A stretch of DNA of 64,000 nt from Spirochaetales bacterium Spiro_09 (GTDB lineage Bacteria; Spirochaetota; Spirochaetia; Treponematales; Treponemataceae): positions 23,195-87,194 of the forward strand of contig LVBK01000009.1 of assembly GCA_001604385.1 (NCBI GenBank), in the 5' to 3' direction. The translations under genes were made by a program, and so were the position numbers. Every line of letters begins with the position of its first letter. Position 1 is the first letter of the stretch. The notes beneath the pieces are model-generated. The model had not been told where the DNA came from. It did not search any database and was given only the letters and a program-made list of their open reading frames with translations. Below are positions 1-9,670 of the stretch, piece after piece.

Positions 1-40
1 CGTGTTCGCATAGTAATAAACTCCATGTTTATTCATTCAT

Positions 41-1159
41 CTATATCTTGGACGCAGTTAAGGAGTCAACTGCTTTCAAATACTCGTCAATTACAATCCG
101 TTCATCGAAGCGGCTTTCGGCAATACGCCTGGACTCTCGTCCCATGAGATTGCGTGTATCTTGATCCATTTCAAGCATGGTCATCATCTTCGAAGCCAAA
201 TCTTCCGGATCTTCAGGTTTACACAGAAAACCGTTGACACCGTTCTCCACCGGTTCCCGTGTGCCCACGCAATCGCAGGCAATCAGCGGTTTGCCACAGG
301 CGGCTCCCTCGAGAAGCGAACGCGGCACTCCTTCACGATAATAGGACGGTAGAACGATACAATCGGCATGACACAAAAGTTCCCGTATATCCTCAACCTG
401 TCCAGTTAGTTCAATAATATTATTGTTCAGAAACAGCTGGAGGAGACTTGTATCAGCCATATGGGGGTCTGACGGATCATGTTTTCCTGCCAGAACAAAC
501 CGTACCGGCTTCCCCGTTCTGGTTTTCACCAGAGCGGCGGCATGCAAAAAGTCCTCAACACCTTTTTCCTTTAAAAGGCGTCCAACAAATAAAAAGGTAA
601 AATGCTCATTATCAGCCTGACAGGGCGTATAGAGGGACAGATTTACCCCTGACCCGGGGAGTAATGTGCATACCCCGGAAGATACGAGTCCTGCATCGAG
701 AAAATGTTTTCGGTCATCAGCATTCTGGAAAAAAACCTTATACGCTTTTCTGAATGCATGTCGGTACATGAATGCCACAAGTGCAGTGATTTTACTTTTT
801 TTGCTGAATGCGGCTCCAAGACCGCTCACGTTATTGATTACCGGTATACCCAGAATCCTTGCGGCAATTGAGCCATACAAATTGGCCTTGGGAGTATAAT
901 GCAATACAAGAGATGCCCCGCAGCGATAATACGCCCGGAAATAGGAAACAAGCGTTATCAATTCCCTGAGCGGGTTAATGCTCTTCGTCTTTAACCGGAC
1001 TGAAACGGTGGAAACGCCCACATCTTCGAGTCGTTTGGTCCACTCATCGGAAGCGGAAACGGCCAAAACACGGTGGCCACAGGACAGGAGTTCACGTATC
1101 AGTGACAACCGGAAATTCCAGATATACCACGAGGTATTTGCGGATATTACTATTGTCAT
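41..1159 (-). CDS. GT4 glycosyltransferase (PglA/CapM-like)
   Basis: N-term 'ISANTSWYIWNFRLSLI', 'PGSGV', 'FVGRLLKEKGV' and 'PSYYREGVPRSLLEGAACGKP' (EX7E) motifs of PglA/CapM-like GT4. Confidence 0.88.
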   Translation of the reverse strand: MTIVISANTSWYIWNFRLSLIRELLSCGHRVLAVSASDEWTKRLEDVGVSTVSVRLKTKSINPLRELITLVSYFRAYYRCGASLVLHYTPKANLYGSIAARILGIPVINNVSGLGAAFSKKSKITALVAFMYRHAFRKAYKVFFQNADDRKHFLDAGLVSSGVCTLLPGSGVNLSLYTPCQADNEHFTFLFVGRLLKEKGVEDFLHAAALVKTRTGKPVRFVLAGKHDPSDPHMADTSLLQLFLNNNIIELTGQVEDIRELLCHADCIVLPSYYREGVPRSLLEGAACGKPLIACDCVGTREPVENGVNGFLCKPEDPEDLASKMMTMLEMDQDTRNLMGRESRRIAESRFDERIVIDEYLKAVDSLTASKI

Positions 1160-1812
1160 TCGGAATTCCGTTTGCGGATTACTTCAAGAACCCATCGTTT
1201 CGGTCGCGTCAAACCGGTTACGTATATTGCTGCCTTGGCCGGTTCGTAAAACTCGATCCGGGAAAGAGCACTGGTAAAAAGAAATTTTTTCACGGTAATT
1301 CCGTACGGTTCTTCAAAATTGAGCGGTCGCAATTTTGCGAATCCAAATCGCTGAGCGTATATGGCAGTACCGATTTCTATATAGTCCTGATGGGTTTCCG
1401 TCAGATATACATCAAAAGCCGTCTGGCCCGCCGTCATTATCGAGCCCAATTCCATTTTAGAAATCTTGTTCATCGGCAAGAGGGCATACACGCGAGGGGA
1501 TCCCAATTCATATTGTTCTCCGGCCTTACGCAGGGTATTTCCGTTGAAAGTAATTCGCATATTACGCGTTACAAGATAGCGGTAGGCACAATCCACCAGC
1601 TCGAATACATTTATTGAAAGGGAAGCCGATGTTTCGATGAGCGCTTTTGTTTGCATTTCATCAAGCTCATACGCGACGCCTTGGGGGATATTCATCAATT
1701 CCAGTACTGCCTGAACGCGAGGCGCGGCAAGATCTGCTCCGCTCCTGTCGGCAAATACCGGAGAGACCGCTCCCGCTAAAAGTATAGAAAAAAGTACACT
1801 GTATATGCGCAT
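1156..1812 (-). CDS. hypothetical exported protein
   Basis: Clean ORF whose stop overlaps the next start (ATGA). Start placed at ATG 1812 because it gives a signal peptide (MRIYSVLFSILLAGAVSPVFA) and follows an extended -10; ATG 1830 is an alternative. Confidence 0.7.
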   Translation of the reverse strand: MRIYSVLFSILLAGAVSPVFADRSGADLAAPRVQAVLELMNIPQGVAYELDEMQTKALIETSASLSINVFELVDCAYRYLVTRNMRITFNGNTLRKAGEQYELGSPRVYALLPMNKISKMELGSIMTAGQTAFDVYLTETHQDYIEIGTAIYAQRFGFAKLRPLNFEEPYGITVKKFLFTSALSRIEFYEPAKAAIYVTGLTRPKRWVLEVIRKRNSE

Positions 1813-1820
1813 CTTCTTAA

Positions 1821-1846
1821 AGTATATCATAATTTGACCCTATAAT
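1821..1846. promoter_or_regulatory. divergent -10 elements (TGnTATACT on minus, TATAAT on plus), probable leaderless starts
   Basis: TATAAT 1841-1846 lies 6 nt before ATG 1853. Minus-strand TGaTATACT 1829-1821 lies 8 nt before ATG 1812. No Shine-Dalgarno for either gene. Confidence 0.55.
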
Positions 1847-1852
1847 AGAAGT

Positions 1853-2773
1853 ATGAAACTGCCTCTTCTCCTTCTATTTTTTTCCTTGATACTACACGTC
1901 TCCTGCACAAGCATCAGTTCGGTCTCACCGGACTACGATGACACACACTATCTCCAGTCACTGCTCGATACTGAAGAACCCGTAACCCGAATTCCTGCCG
2001 GGGTTCGCCCCTGGTCAAGTCGGCCCCTTACGATTTCAACATCGGATAAAACCATTGTTTTCGAAGAAGGTTGCGTTATCCGAGCGGTAAAAGACGCATA
2101 TTACGATGCCGGAGACAGCCTCCTGACCATACGGGCTGTACAAAACCTGACACTGGAGGGAAAAGGTGCCGTTCTTCAAATGAACAGAAAGGATTACCGT
2201 CGACTTCCCTGGAAAAAAGGAGAATGGCGGCATGGCATCGCTATACATGAATCGGAAAATATTACCATTTCAGGCCTGGTCATTAAGGATACCGGAGGGG
2301 ACGGCGTGTATATAGGACAACGTCGTGACGCGGCGGTCTGCCGGAATATCGTTCTCCGTAACCTTCTGCTTGAGAATAATTACCGTCAGGGTGTCAGCGT
2401 CATTTCCGTTCATGGTTTTCTCATGGAAGGGTGCATCATCACAAGAACCAGGGGGACTCCGCCGGCAGCGGGAATCGATTTTGAACCGAACGGAGGAGTG
2501 TACGGACTGGTGGACTGTGTCATTCGCTCCTGTACCTTTGAGCACAATGCCGGGCCCGGAATTCTCGTCTACCTTGCCAAAATGACCGCCGACCAGATCC
2601 CGGTTTCAATCCGTGTAGAGAATACCCGTTCCCGGCGCAATTTCTTTTCTGTCGCAGTCTACGCTGTACCGAAGGGTGTGAACGGCACCGTTGAATTTAT
2701 CAACTGCGATCTTTCTTTTTGGAAATACATTAAGGTACCGGAAGGGTTCCAGGTGTCATTACGCAAAGAATAG
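1853..2773 (+). CDS. right-handed parallel beta-helix repeat lipoprotein (pectin-lyase-like fold)
   Basis: Lipobox-like 'LHVSC' after a hydrophobic stretch; repeats 'HGIAI..SENITISG', 'DTGGDGVYIG', 'NNYRQGVSVIS', 'AGIDFEPN'. Confidence 0.8.
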   Translation: MKLPLLLLFFSLILHVSCTSISSVSPDYDDTHYLQSLLDTEEPVTRIPAGVRPWSSRPLTISTSDKTIVFEEGCVIRAVKDAYYDAGDSLLTIRAVQNLTLEGKGAVLQMNRKDYRRLPWKKGEWRHGIAIHESENITISGLVIKDTGGDGVYIGQRRDAAVCRNIVLRNLLLENNYRQGVSVISVHGFLMEGCIITRTRGTPPAAGIDFEPNGGVYGLVDCVIRSCTFEHNAGPGILVYLAKMTADQIPVSIRVENTRSRRNFFSVAVYAVPKGVNGTVEFINCDLSFWKYIKVPEGFQVSLRKE

Positions 2774-2800
2774 CCGCAGGATACTGTCCCCGATCAGAGC

Positions 2801-3553
2801 TTACGAGCCCGCTCTCTTCGCCAGTTTCAAAAGACTGAATACACAGCCTGCCCCGTAAAGCGCGGTATACACAAGCAAGAGCCAGGGCACCAGACCCAGC
2901 AGGAGGCTCAGGCCATACAATACCTGCATCCAGCCGGCAACACCGACCTCCTCGCTGAAACGTTTTTCGGTTCCTACCGAGCTGCGCGAGGTTTCTCCCG
3001 AGGCTACTCGCCAGGACTGAAAAGCAAGACGCATCAATAAATTGGACGCACAACAAACCGATGCGATAAAGGGCCACAGGGCTTCTCCAAGGGGCAAGGC
3101 AAAGGGAAGACCCGGCAGTGCGAGGGGAGAAACGAGCAGGGCGGACATTCCCATGGACAACAGAATGCAGGTATATGCGGTGTAGCCACCCAGGGCATCA
3201 ACCCATTCTCCGATATGCGGACCCTTACCCACAACCTGATCAAGACCGCTTCCGATTGTCCGGGACCTGATCGTGCGGGCCATGTTGCCGTCCACACAAT
3301 CAAGGGTGCCGAACAAAAAGTACAAGGTAACGGCAGCGATATGAAATGACAGGTACGGAATCAATGAAAAAGCAAACGCAACGAGACATACCACTATACT
3401 GAGCCAGGTTACCCCGTTAGCCGTCCATCCGGTATTTAAAAAAAACCAGGTGAGCGGCCAGGACAGGGGACGGTGAATATACCGGCTTATTGTCCCGTCT
3501 GCCTTTTTTTTATCCGTGGGAAAGGCTGATAAAATGTCTGAAAAATGATACAT
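2801..3553 (-). CDS. CDP-alcohol phosphotransferase family membrane protein
   Basis: 'TANGVT', 'DCVDGNMAR...GEWVD' motif and several TM helices. Start moved to ATG 3553, which follows an AGGAG SD. Confidence 0.85.
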   Translation of the reverse strand: MYHFSDILSAFPTDKKKADGTISRYIHRPLSWPLTWFFLNTGWTANGVTWLSIVVCLVAFAFSLIPYLSFHIAAVTLYFLFGTLDCVDGNMARTIRSRTIGSGLDQVVGKGPHIGEWVDALGGYTAYTCILLSMGMSALLVSPLALPGLPFALPLGEALWPFIASVCCASNLLMRLAFQSWRVASGETSRSSVGTEKRFSEEVGVAGWMQVLYGLSLLLGLVPWLLLVYTALYGAGCVFSLLKLAKRAGS

Positions 3554-3566
3554 CCTGAGTCTCCTT

Positions 3567-4640
3567 CTATATACCTGCAATTTCTGACATAATCGCGGTA
3601 AAGCGCTCCTGCATGGCTTCATGCTGTTCCCGGTATCGGTTTACTGCCGCCTCCACAATTGTGCGACGCTCGTCTTCGTGTTCAAGATACCAGCTTGCCT
3701 TTTCGACCAGATCCTCCGCGTCCCAGGAAAACGGTACATAGGTTTTGAACGGAACAAAGATATCCGGCCAGGTTTCCAGGTGGGACATATCGGGTTTTAA
3801 CAGCATGGCTCCGCCGCGCACTGCTTCGAAATCCCGCAAGCATAATTCTCCCCATCCGAAGGGCGAAAGCACTACCCGCGACATGGCGGTTTCCCGGTTA
3901 AAACGTCGCTGTGAAACCGGTTCCGTCAAAAACCGGGGATCTTTCCCGATTTTTTCGAGAATGAGCGAACGTTGAAAGGAGATTGAGGGACGCGAGATAA
4001 GACCGATCCTTGCATGAACGGGCAGGCGAAGCGGGTTTGACATGGCCTTCGCGTAACTTACCGCATTCTTCCCGGTGACCCATTGTACGCAGGCCAGTCC
4101 TGTCCGTCGCGCAATTTCTACCGTGATACGCTGCTTCCACTTTGTCCGGGGATATTCTCCGATCCCGATATTCCAGGATAGTCTCAATTTTGCCAATTGA
4201 ACGGGATCGGTGAGTACGGCACGTTTTTTTGTCTCGTTGTCAACAATGCCATATTTTGAGTGATAATAATCAGAATATAGTTCCTTGCCGTACAACTCCC
4301 TGCCGTACAGGCTCCGGTCCCGAAAGAGCGCTTTCGTGTAGAAAAGGTCGACCAGTGATACAACCTCCAGTCGAGGGATGCCGCCTCCTGCATCGTCATG
4401 AAAAAAGGCTATGCGATCATAGCGTTTTCGCAAAGCAGCAAGCAATTCAAGATCAACGACATCGGGTTTGATAAACTGGCGCATCATGACCAGAATGCTG
4501 TTGGTGTCCTTTGTCAAACACCAGTGGGGATCATCGGTGAATGTAAAGCGGAACTGCTTGTCAGAATTGTTAAAAAATGGTGAGAGTGAATAAAAACAGG
4601 CAATCCTGTCTATCAGTGAAAGTACCGTTATATTGATCAT
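3567..4640 (-). CDS. putative glycosyltransferase (GT-B, Glyco_trans_1_2/CgeB-like C-terminus)
   Basis: 'LSPFGWGELCLRDFEA..GGAMLLKP' and 'DLVEKASWYLEH' C-terminal motifs; glycan-locus context. Confidence 0.65.
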   Translation of the reverse strand: MINITVLSLIDRIACFYSLSPFFNNSDKQFRFTFTDDPHWCLTKDTNSILVMMRQFIKPDVVDLELLAALRKRYDRIAFFHDDAGGGIPRLEVVSLVDLFYTKALFRDRSLYGRELYGKELYSDYYHSKYGIVDNETKKRAVLTDPVQLAKLRLSWNIGIGEYPRTKWKQRITVEIARRTGLACVQWVTGKNAVSYAKAMSNPLRLPVHARIGLISRPSISFQRSLILEKIGKDPRFLTEPVSQRRFNRETAMSRVVLSPFGWGELCLRDFEAVRGGAMLLKPDMSHLETWPDIFVPFKTYVPFSWDAEDLVEKASWYLEHEDERRTIVEAAVNRYREQHEAMQERFTAIMSEIAGI

Positions 4641-4672
4641 GGTTGACTTCCTTGTATATACTATTTTTACAC

Positions 4673-5785
4673 ATGAGTACAGCTAATACAGTACGAATCG
4701 GCGTTTTGACAAAACCCCTCGATAATTGGAAATCAGGTTCGGGCCACCATCTTGATGAATTGATGAAGGCTGTCCTTGATCTCAATGACACGCTCGGGAA
4801 TCCGGTGGAATTTTCGTTTATCCACTACGCAGTCAGCGAGAACCCTATATACAACCGGGTCCGTGAAATAATTATACCACGTTTTCCCGCCGCAGCATCT
4901 GCCATCATTCGCAGAGAAGGCTTCGACCTGGTACATTATTCACCGCTTACTATTATGTCCCCCATCGGTTGCCTTTCCTGTATTAAAACTGCAACCGTTC
5001 ACGGTATCGAGGAAGAATTATACCCCGAAGGCTATTCACTGATCGAGCGTCTACACGCTCGCTACATTCTGCCGCTCTGGATGCGCAGGATGGACGGAAT
5101 CGCAACCGTGTCCGAAACCGGCAAGCGGTATTTTGTTGAACACTACGGGTGTGCGGAAAACCGGATTTGCATTACAACAAACGGCCTGTCTCCCTCGTAT
5201 CGGGTACTTGAAGACGTCAAAAAAGAAAAAATAGTACTGCATATCAGCAGATACTCGAAGCGTAAAAACCCGCGGGCAATACTGTCCGGTTTTTCGCACT
5301 TTCTTGACACCAGAAAAAATGACAGAAAAGAATGGAAACTGGTATGTGCAGGATCGCACTGGGACGACGAGGAAGCCTATGCTCTCGCCAGTGAGGCGGG
5401 AATCCGGGATCAGTATGTCGCACCCGGATTTGTCAGTGAACAGGACGCTGTTACCTTATTGAACAGCGCCCGTGTGTTTTTATTTCCTTCTTTTGCGGAA
5501 GGGTTTGGTATGCCCAATGTAGAAGCCATGGCCTGCGGATGTCCGGTCATAACGTCAAGCATTTTCGCCATACCCGAGGTTGTCGGCGATGCTGCCATAC
5601 TGCTCAAGAATCCCCGCGACGATTATCGGCTCGGACTGGAAATCGCGCGCATTGTCGACAACCCCGAGATGGCCGACAGCCTCCGTGCCAGGGGACTTGA
5701 ACGTTCTAGGCTCTATAACTGGCAGGATAGCGCGCGTTCCCTGATGATTTTTTGGCAATCATTGATCGAGGATTCTCGCGTATAA
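4673..5785 (+). CDS. GT4 glycosyltransferase (MtfB/WbaZ-like)
   Basis: 'TVHG', 'TVSE', 'RKN', 'FPSFAEGFGMPNVEAMACGCPV', 'IPEVVGDAA'. Confidence 0.88.
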   Translation: MSTANTVRIGVLTKPLDNWKSGSGHHLDELMKAVLDLNDTLGNPVEFSFIHYAVSENPIYNRVREIIIPRFPAAASAIIRREGFDLVHYSPLTIMSPIGCLSCIKTATVHGIEEELYPEGYSLIERLHARYILPLWMRRMDGIATVSETGKRYFVEHYGCAENRICITTNGLSPSYRVLEDVKKEKIVLHISRYSKRKNPRAILSGFSHFLDTRKNDRKEWKLVCAGSHWDDEEAYALASEAGIRDQYVAPGFVSEQDAVTLLNSARVFLFPSFAEGFGMPNVEAMACGCPVITSSIFAIPEVVGDAAILLKNPRDDYRLGLEIARIVDNPEMADSLRARGLERSRLYNWQDSARSLMIFWQSLIEDSRV

Positions 5786-6979
5786 GGCAGCGAACACCGA
5801 GGTGAGCGCTCTGACGTCGTACTTCGTACTGACGAACGACCTTCCCTCGACCCCCATGGCCCGACCAATTTCAGGATTACATAATACATAGTTAATCCGG
5901 TCGGCCAATGCTTCCGGGTCTTTTTCCGGAACCAGAAAACCGGTTGTACCGTCGACAAGGCCATCGGGAATGCCGTTGTGACGGGTGGTCACGACGGGCA
6001 GCATGCACATTTGCGCTTCCTGGAGGACAAGCCCCTGACCCTCCATGTCGCCATTGGACGCGGTAACGCTTGGCAGGGTAAAGATCTCGGACATTTCATA
6101 CAGCGATCTGACCTGATCACCGGTTACGACGCCCAAAAAGGTAACATGAGCTTCAATTCCCAGTTCGGCTGCCCTCCGTTCGAGGGACGGCCTGAGCGAT
6201 CCGTCTCCGGCAATGAAATAGTGAATATCGGGGATGGATGGTATCAGTGACGCAATGGCTTCGAGGGCATAGCGGTGGCCTTTTTTTTCCTCAAGCCGGC
6301 CGACGGTCAGCACGCTGTGCGGCTTGACCCTGCTACGATCAATATTGTCAAAATCCGCAAGTACCAGCCCGACCGGAATGACGGTAATGACTTCAGGATC
6401 GCAGCCATTGGCCATTATTTTCGATTTTGTGAATTCGGTGTTTGCCGTGATGCTGTCGGCTGTGCGATACAGCTGGGAATAGACATCGGACCCGAATCGG
6501 GCAGGGTAGGTGTTGATATCCGACCCGTGAAAGGTTGTGACAAGAGCCCGGACAAAACCGCAGGTTTTCAGGTAGGCGCCGACAAGGCCGTTCGGCCCAA
6601 AATGGCAATGCACAAGGTCATATTTTTGCTCGTCTGAAAAGGCGCTGCCGAAATACAAGAGCTTGATGTTTCTGGCGACCGTTCTGTATTTCCGGATATT
6701 GAGGGCTTCAAGGGCAGCACGGGGATTTCGGACAAACAGTTTCATTACGAGAAGCGGTGCTTCAAGAAAACGCCGTTTCAGGTTTCGGGGAATATCAACG
6801 TAGCGTACGCACTCGTGCACCTTATGCCGGTCAAACAGTTCGTGCCGAACCGGATTCATGGGGCGATGGGCGGCAAAGACCGTTATATCCTGACCGGCTT
6901 CGAGCGCGCCAACGATATGATTGAGTAAAAATTTTTCCGAAATTTCCGGGAAGGAATTGAGTATTATCGCGATTTTCAT
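5759..6979 (-). CDS. GT4 glycosyltransferase (WcaL/AmsK-like)
   Basis: 'FPEISEKFLLN', 'HCHFGPNG', 'TFHGSD', 'VGRLEEKKG', 'PSVTASNGDMEG...EAQ', 'TRHNGIPD', typical of WcaL-like GTs. Confidence 0.88.
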   Translation of the reverse strand: MKIAIILNSFPEISEKFLLNHIVGALEAGQDITVFAAHRPMNPVRHELFDRHKVHECVRYVDIPRNLKRRFLEAPLLVMKLFVRNPRAALEALNIRKYRTVARNIKLLYFGSAFSDEQKYDLVHCHFGPNGLVGAYLKTCGFVRALVTTFHGSDINTYPARFGSDVYSQLYRTADSITANTEFTKSKIMANGCDPEVITVIPVGLVLADFDNIDRSRVKPHSVLTVGRLEEKKGHRYALEAIASLIPSIPDIHYFIAGDGSLRPSLERRAAELGIEAHVTFLGVVTGDQVRSLYEMSEIFTLPSVTASNGDMEGQGLVLQEAQMCMLPVVTTRHNGIPDGLVDGTTGFLVPEKDPEALADRINYVLCNPEIGRAMGVEGRSFVSTKYDVRALTSVFAALYARILDQ

Positions 6980-8793
6980 CGAGTGTGTATTCCGAATACC
7001 AGGGAGAGAGCTTCTACCAGTTTCTTGTTGTCTTTTTTGTTTCTGACTGCAAGACGAATCCAGTTGTTTCCGTCAATTCCTTTCTTGCCGGTCAAGTCTT
7101 TGATAAAGATATCGTGCTCCCCCAGCAATTTCGACGTCAATTCCCGTGCGGTCATTGTAGAGGTAATGCGGCATAAAAAGTAATTCGCCTGTGATGGATA
7201 CACCTGGAGCATGCCGGTTTTTTCAAGATCATTTTTAAAACGCTCCCGCTCCGCAATGATCCGCTGACAGGCTATGGAATAGTCCTTTTTATATTTACCG
7301 ATTATTTGCAGAAAAAACTCGCCGAAGGAATTGATATTCCAGATAGTTAATTCCTTTCTGGCCTTTCGCACTATGTCCGGATTCGCGCTTGCAAGAATGC
7401 CGAGTCGAATGCCGGGCACACCATAGCTTTTACTGATGCTTTTAATCACCAACAGATTGGGAAAACGTTCAAGTAGCTGTTGATCCAGGATTGATTCATT
7501 CAAGCCCGAAGAATTAAAGTCGATGAATGATTCATCAAGAACAAGTGTTTTTCCGTTTTTTTGCATGTGTTCAAGCAATGCAATAATATCAGGTCTGGAA
7601 ATACAATTACCCGACGGATTATCGGGATTGATAAGCAACAGATTATCACACAGCAGGCTCCAATTTGTTAAGTCTTTCAGGCCGTATGAAATATTCTTTG
7701 CAAAAAAGGGCACTATCTGGTGGGATGGAAGACTCTCGGGATATTCATTGAAGGTCGGATAAATGACGCCAACTGATCCGTCAAGCGTCGCATCAAGAGA
7801 TCGAATAAGTTCTGCCGCGCCGTTACCGACAAGAATACAATTGTCGTCGATTGCAAACATTTTTCCGGCAAGGAGGTTCTGGATATTCAAACCAGAAGGG
7901 TACTCGGATATGAGATCCCTGAACGAACTTTTCATTTCCTTCAGGAGCAATTTCGGAGGAAAATACGGATTCACCAGATAGCAGTAATCCAGAAGCTGTG
8001 GAAAGCGCCAATACCCACCAAAGCGTTTTTGCATTTTCTCTACGCGGTCATCGTCTGATACGCCAAAGAGAGCTTCTGCTATATCCTTATCCTGTACATC
8101 GTCAATCTCGTACCACTTGTGTTTACCGAGACAAAAGGCCTTCATCTCGTTTTTTTCCAGGTTGGTAATGATGCGCAGTACGCTTTCGTAATATTCATTA
8201 TTGCCCATGGTTTTCGAGTAGGCTTCAAGAAAGGGGATGTACGAGTTTTCGCTGAATTCCTTCGAGAATTTGTAAATATTTACGGTCTTGTAGTATTTAC
8301 CGATTTCCCGGTAATCGAAAAATTTCTTCGGGATGAACTGGGTTATAACCTTTTCAGAGTTAATGCGTACCACGGTTCCGTCCATCCAGGATTCATATTT
8401 CGCGACGGCAGCCATGGTCGGTTCAGGGTTCGCAAGCATATCTCGAATAAGTGAGCCCTCAAAAATGAGGTCGCTTTCCAGAAGAAGCGTGTCATCCTCT
8501 GCCAGCCAGTGTCGGGCAAGGTACAATGAATAAATGTTGTTGGTTTTGTCATAGACGTCGTTGGCGACGTATTCAATGTCGACATTCTTGTATTTCGTTC
8601 CCACGAAATCCATCAGGTTATTCTTTTGATATCCGACAACCAAAATGCACCGTGTGATTCCATTTTCGGAGAGGGAATCAAGCGCCCGCTCTATCAATGT
8701 CTTTCCGTTAATCGGGAGCATGCATTTTGTATTGTTTTGTGTATATTTGCCCAGCCGGTTGCCCATTCCCGCGGCAAGAATCATTGCTTGCAT
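6976..8793 (-). CDS. bifunctional LicC-like cytidylyltransferase / class I-II PLP enzyme (HisC/CobD-like)
   Basis: N-half 'ILAAGMGNRL..KCML', 'ESDLIF', 'WYEIDDVQD'; C-half 'GNGAAELI', 'NPDNPSG', 'LDESFIDF', 'SISKSYGVPGIRLG' (PLP Lys). Start at ATG 8793 after AGGAG. Confidence 0.85.
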   Translation of the reverse strand: MQAMILAAGMGNRLGKYTQNNTKCMLPINGKTLIERALDSLSENGITRCILVVGYQKNNLMDFVGTKYKNVDIEYVANDVYDKTNNIYSLYLARHWLAEDDTLLLESDLIFEGSLIRDMLANPEPTMAAVAKYESWMDGTVVRINSEKVITQFIPKKFFDYREIGKYYKTVNIYKFSKEFSENSYIPFLEAYSKTMGNNEYYESVLRIITNLEKNEMKAFCLGKHKWYEIDDVQDKDIAEALFGVSDDDRVEKMQKRFGGYWRFPQLLDYCYLVNPYFPPKLLLKEMKSSFRDLISEYPSGLNIQNLLAGKMFAIDDNCILVGNGAAELIRSLDATLDGSVGVIYPTFNEYPESLPSHQIVPFFAKNISYGLKDLTNWSLLCDNLLLINPDNPSGNCISRPDIIALLEHMQKNGKTLVLDESFIDFNSSGLNESILDQQLLERFPNLLVIKSISKSYGVPGIRLGILASANPDIVRKARKELTIWNINSFGEFFLQIIGKYKKDYSIACQRIIAERERFKNDLEKTGMLQVYPSQANYFLCRITSTMTARELTSKLLGEHDIFIKDLTGKKGIDGNNWIRLAVRNKKDNKKLVEALSLVFGIHTR

Positions 8794-8818
8794 AGTGTCT
8801 CCTTGTAAATGCCTCAAG

Positions 8819-9658
8819 TCAAAATCGGGTGATTATGTTATAAATTGGACCTTTAATTAATAACCGGTAAAGAGTTTTAATTAAGGGAAATTTCCTTTCA
8901 GCCTTCTTCTTCTGTTCCAAAAACCATTCATCCGAATAGGTGATGAACGAATCCATGTTTGCACACCACTGTTTATGCCAATAGAATTTTATTCCATTTT
9001 CCTCGCATAATCGGCCAAAAAGCGAAGTCTGTTCTATAAGAGCCACGTTTTCAACAGGGTCAGAAAATGAACGATAATTCGGCCGCATGGTATGATGATC
9101 TTCTTCTACCATCTGATAGTGTTCAAGGCCGTCTTTGGAGTAGAGGTTGTGTCCACACCCGATCAAGTGGATCGAGGATGCACCTAAAAGGACTGCCATG
9201 TACATGCAGGTATGCAGGCAAGAGCCATGGCCGCCCCATATATGAGCCCTGTTATTCATGGTTTGAAGGATTTTTTGCCGTGTATAGCTTTCGCTTATTT
9301 TACCGCGTAAACCATACGGGGGATAACTGAGCATTCTGTGGAAATAGACCTCCTTACTATCTTGTAATAAGGCTTTTGTCTGCTTGATCGTTTTCCCATA
9401 CATTGGCAAGGCAGCAATAAGCGGTTTTTCTTTGTATAATGGGTCTTTTCCCAATAAATACAATGACCGGTCAAATTCGCTGGAATATCTGAATGTCGCA
9501 TTCGGAAATTTAAGATGTGATAAGTGTAACGTAATTGCCGTCTTATTATCAAAAAAATCATCAGGATAATCCGAAAGCGACGGATCCGAACCCGAGATCC
9601 AGACTTCTTTACCCGTGAAAGCATTAAATAATTCTCTGCATGAGTGATTTTTTTTCAT
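8819..9658 (-). CDS. DUF115/Maf-like (GT-A, CstII-like) putative glycosyltransferase
   Basis: 'EVWISGSDPSL' resembles the IxGxGPSL motif; 'AVLLGASSIHLIGCG' resembles 'A..lG.k.IyLiG.D'. Confidence 0.5.
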   Translation of the reverse strand: MKKNHSCRELFNAFTGKEVWISGSDPSLSDYPDDFFDNKTAITLHLSHLKFPNATFRYSSEFDRSLYLLGKDPLYKEKPLIAALPMYGKTIKQTKALLQDSKEVYFHRMLSYPPYGLRGKISESYTRQKILQTMNNRAHIWGGHGSCLHTCMYMAVLLGASSIHLIGCGHNLYSKDGLEHYQMVEEDHHTMRPNYRSFSDPVENVALIEQTSLFGRLCEENGIKFYWHKQWCANMDSFITYSDEWFLEQKKKAERKFPLIKTLYRLLIKGPIYNIITRF

Positions 9659-9670
9659 ATTGTGGCTCCC

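Noticed and set aside
1-24. Possible start of a further minus-strand gene (ATG at 11 with GGAG upstream)
   Set aside because: Only three codons are visible, so it cannot be supported
6976-8793. Phosphonate (PntC-AEP transaminase) pathway
   Set aside because: The PLP domain is class I/II rather than class V, and no PEP mutase or phosphonopyruvate decarboxylase is in the window; not excluded genome-wide
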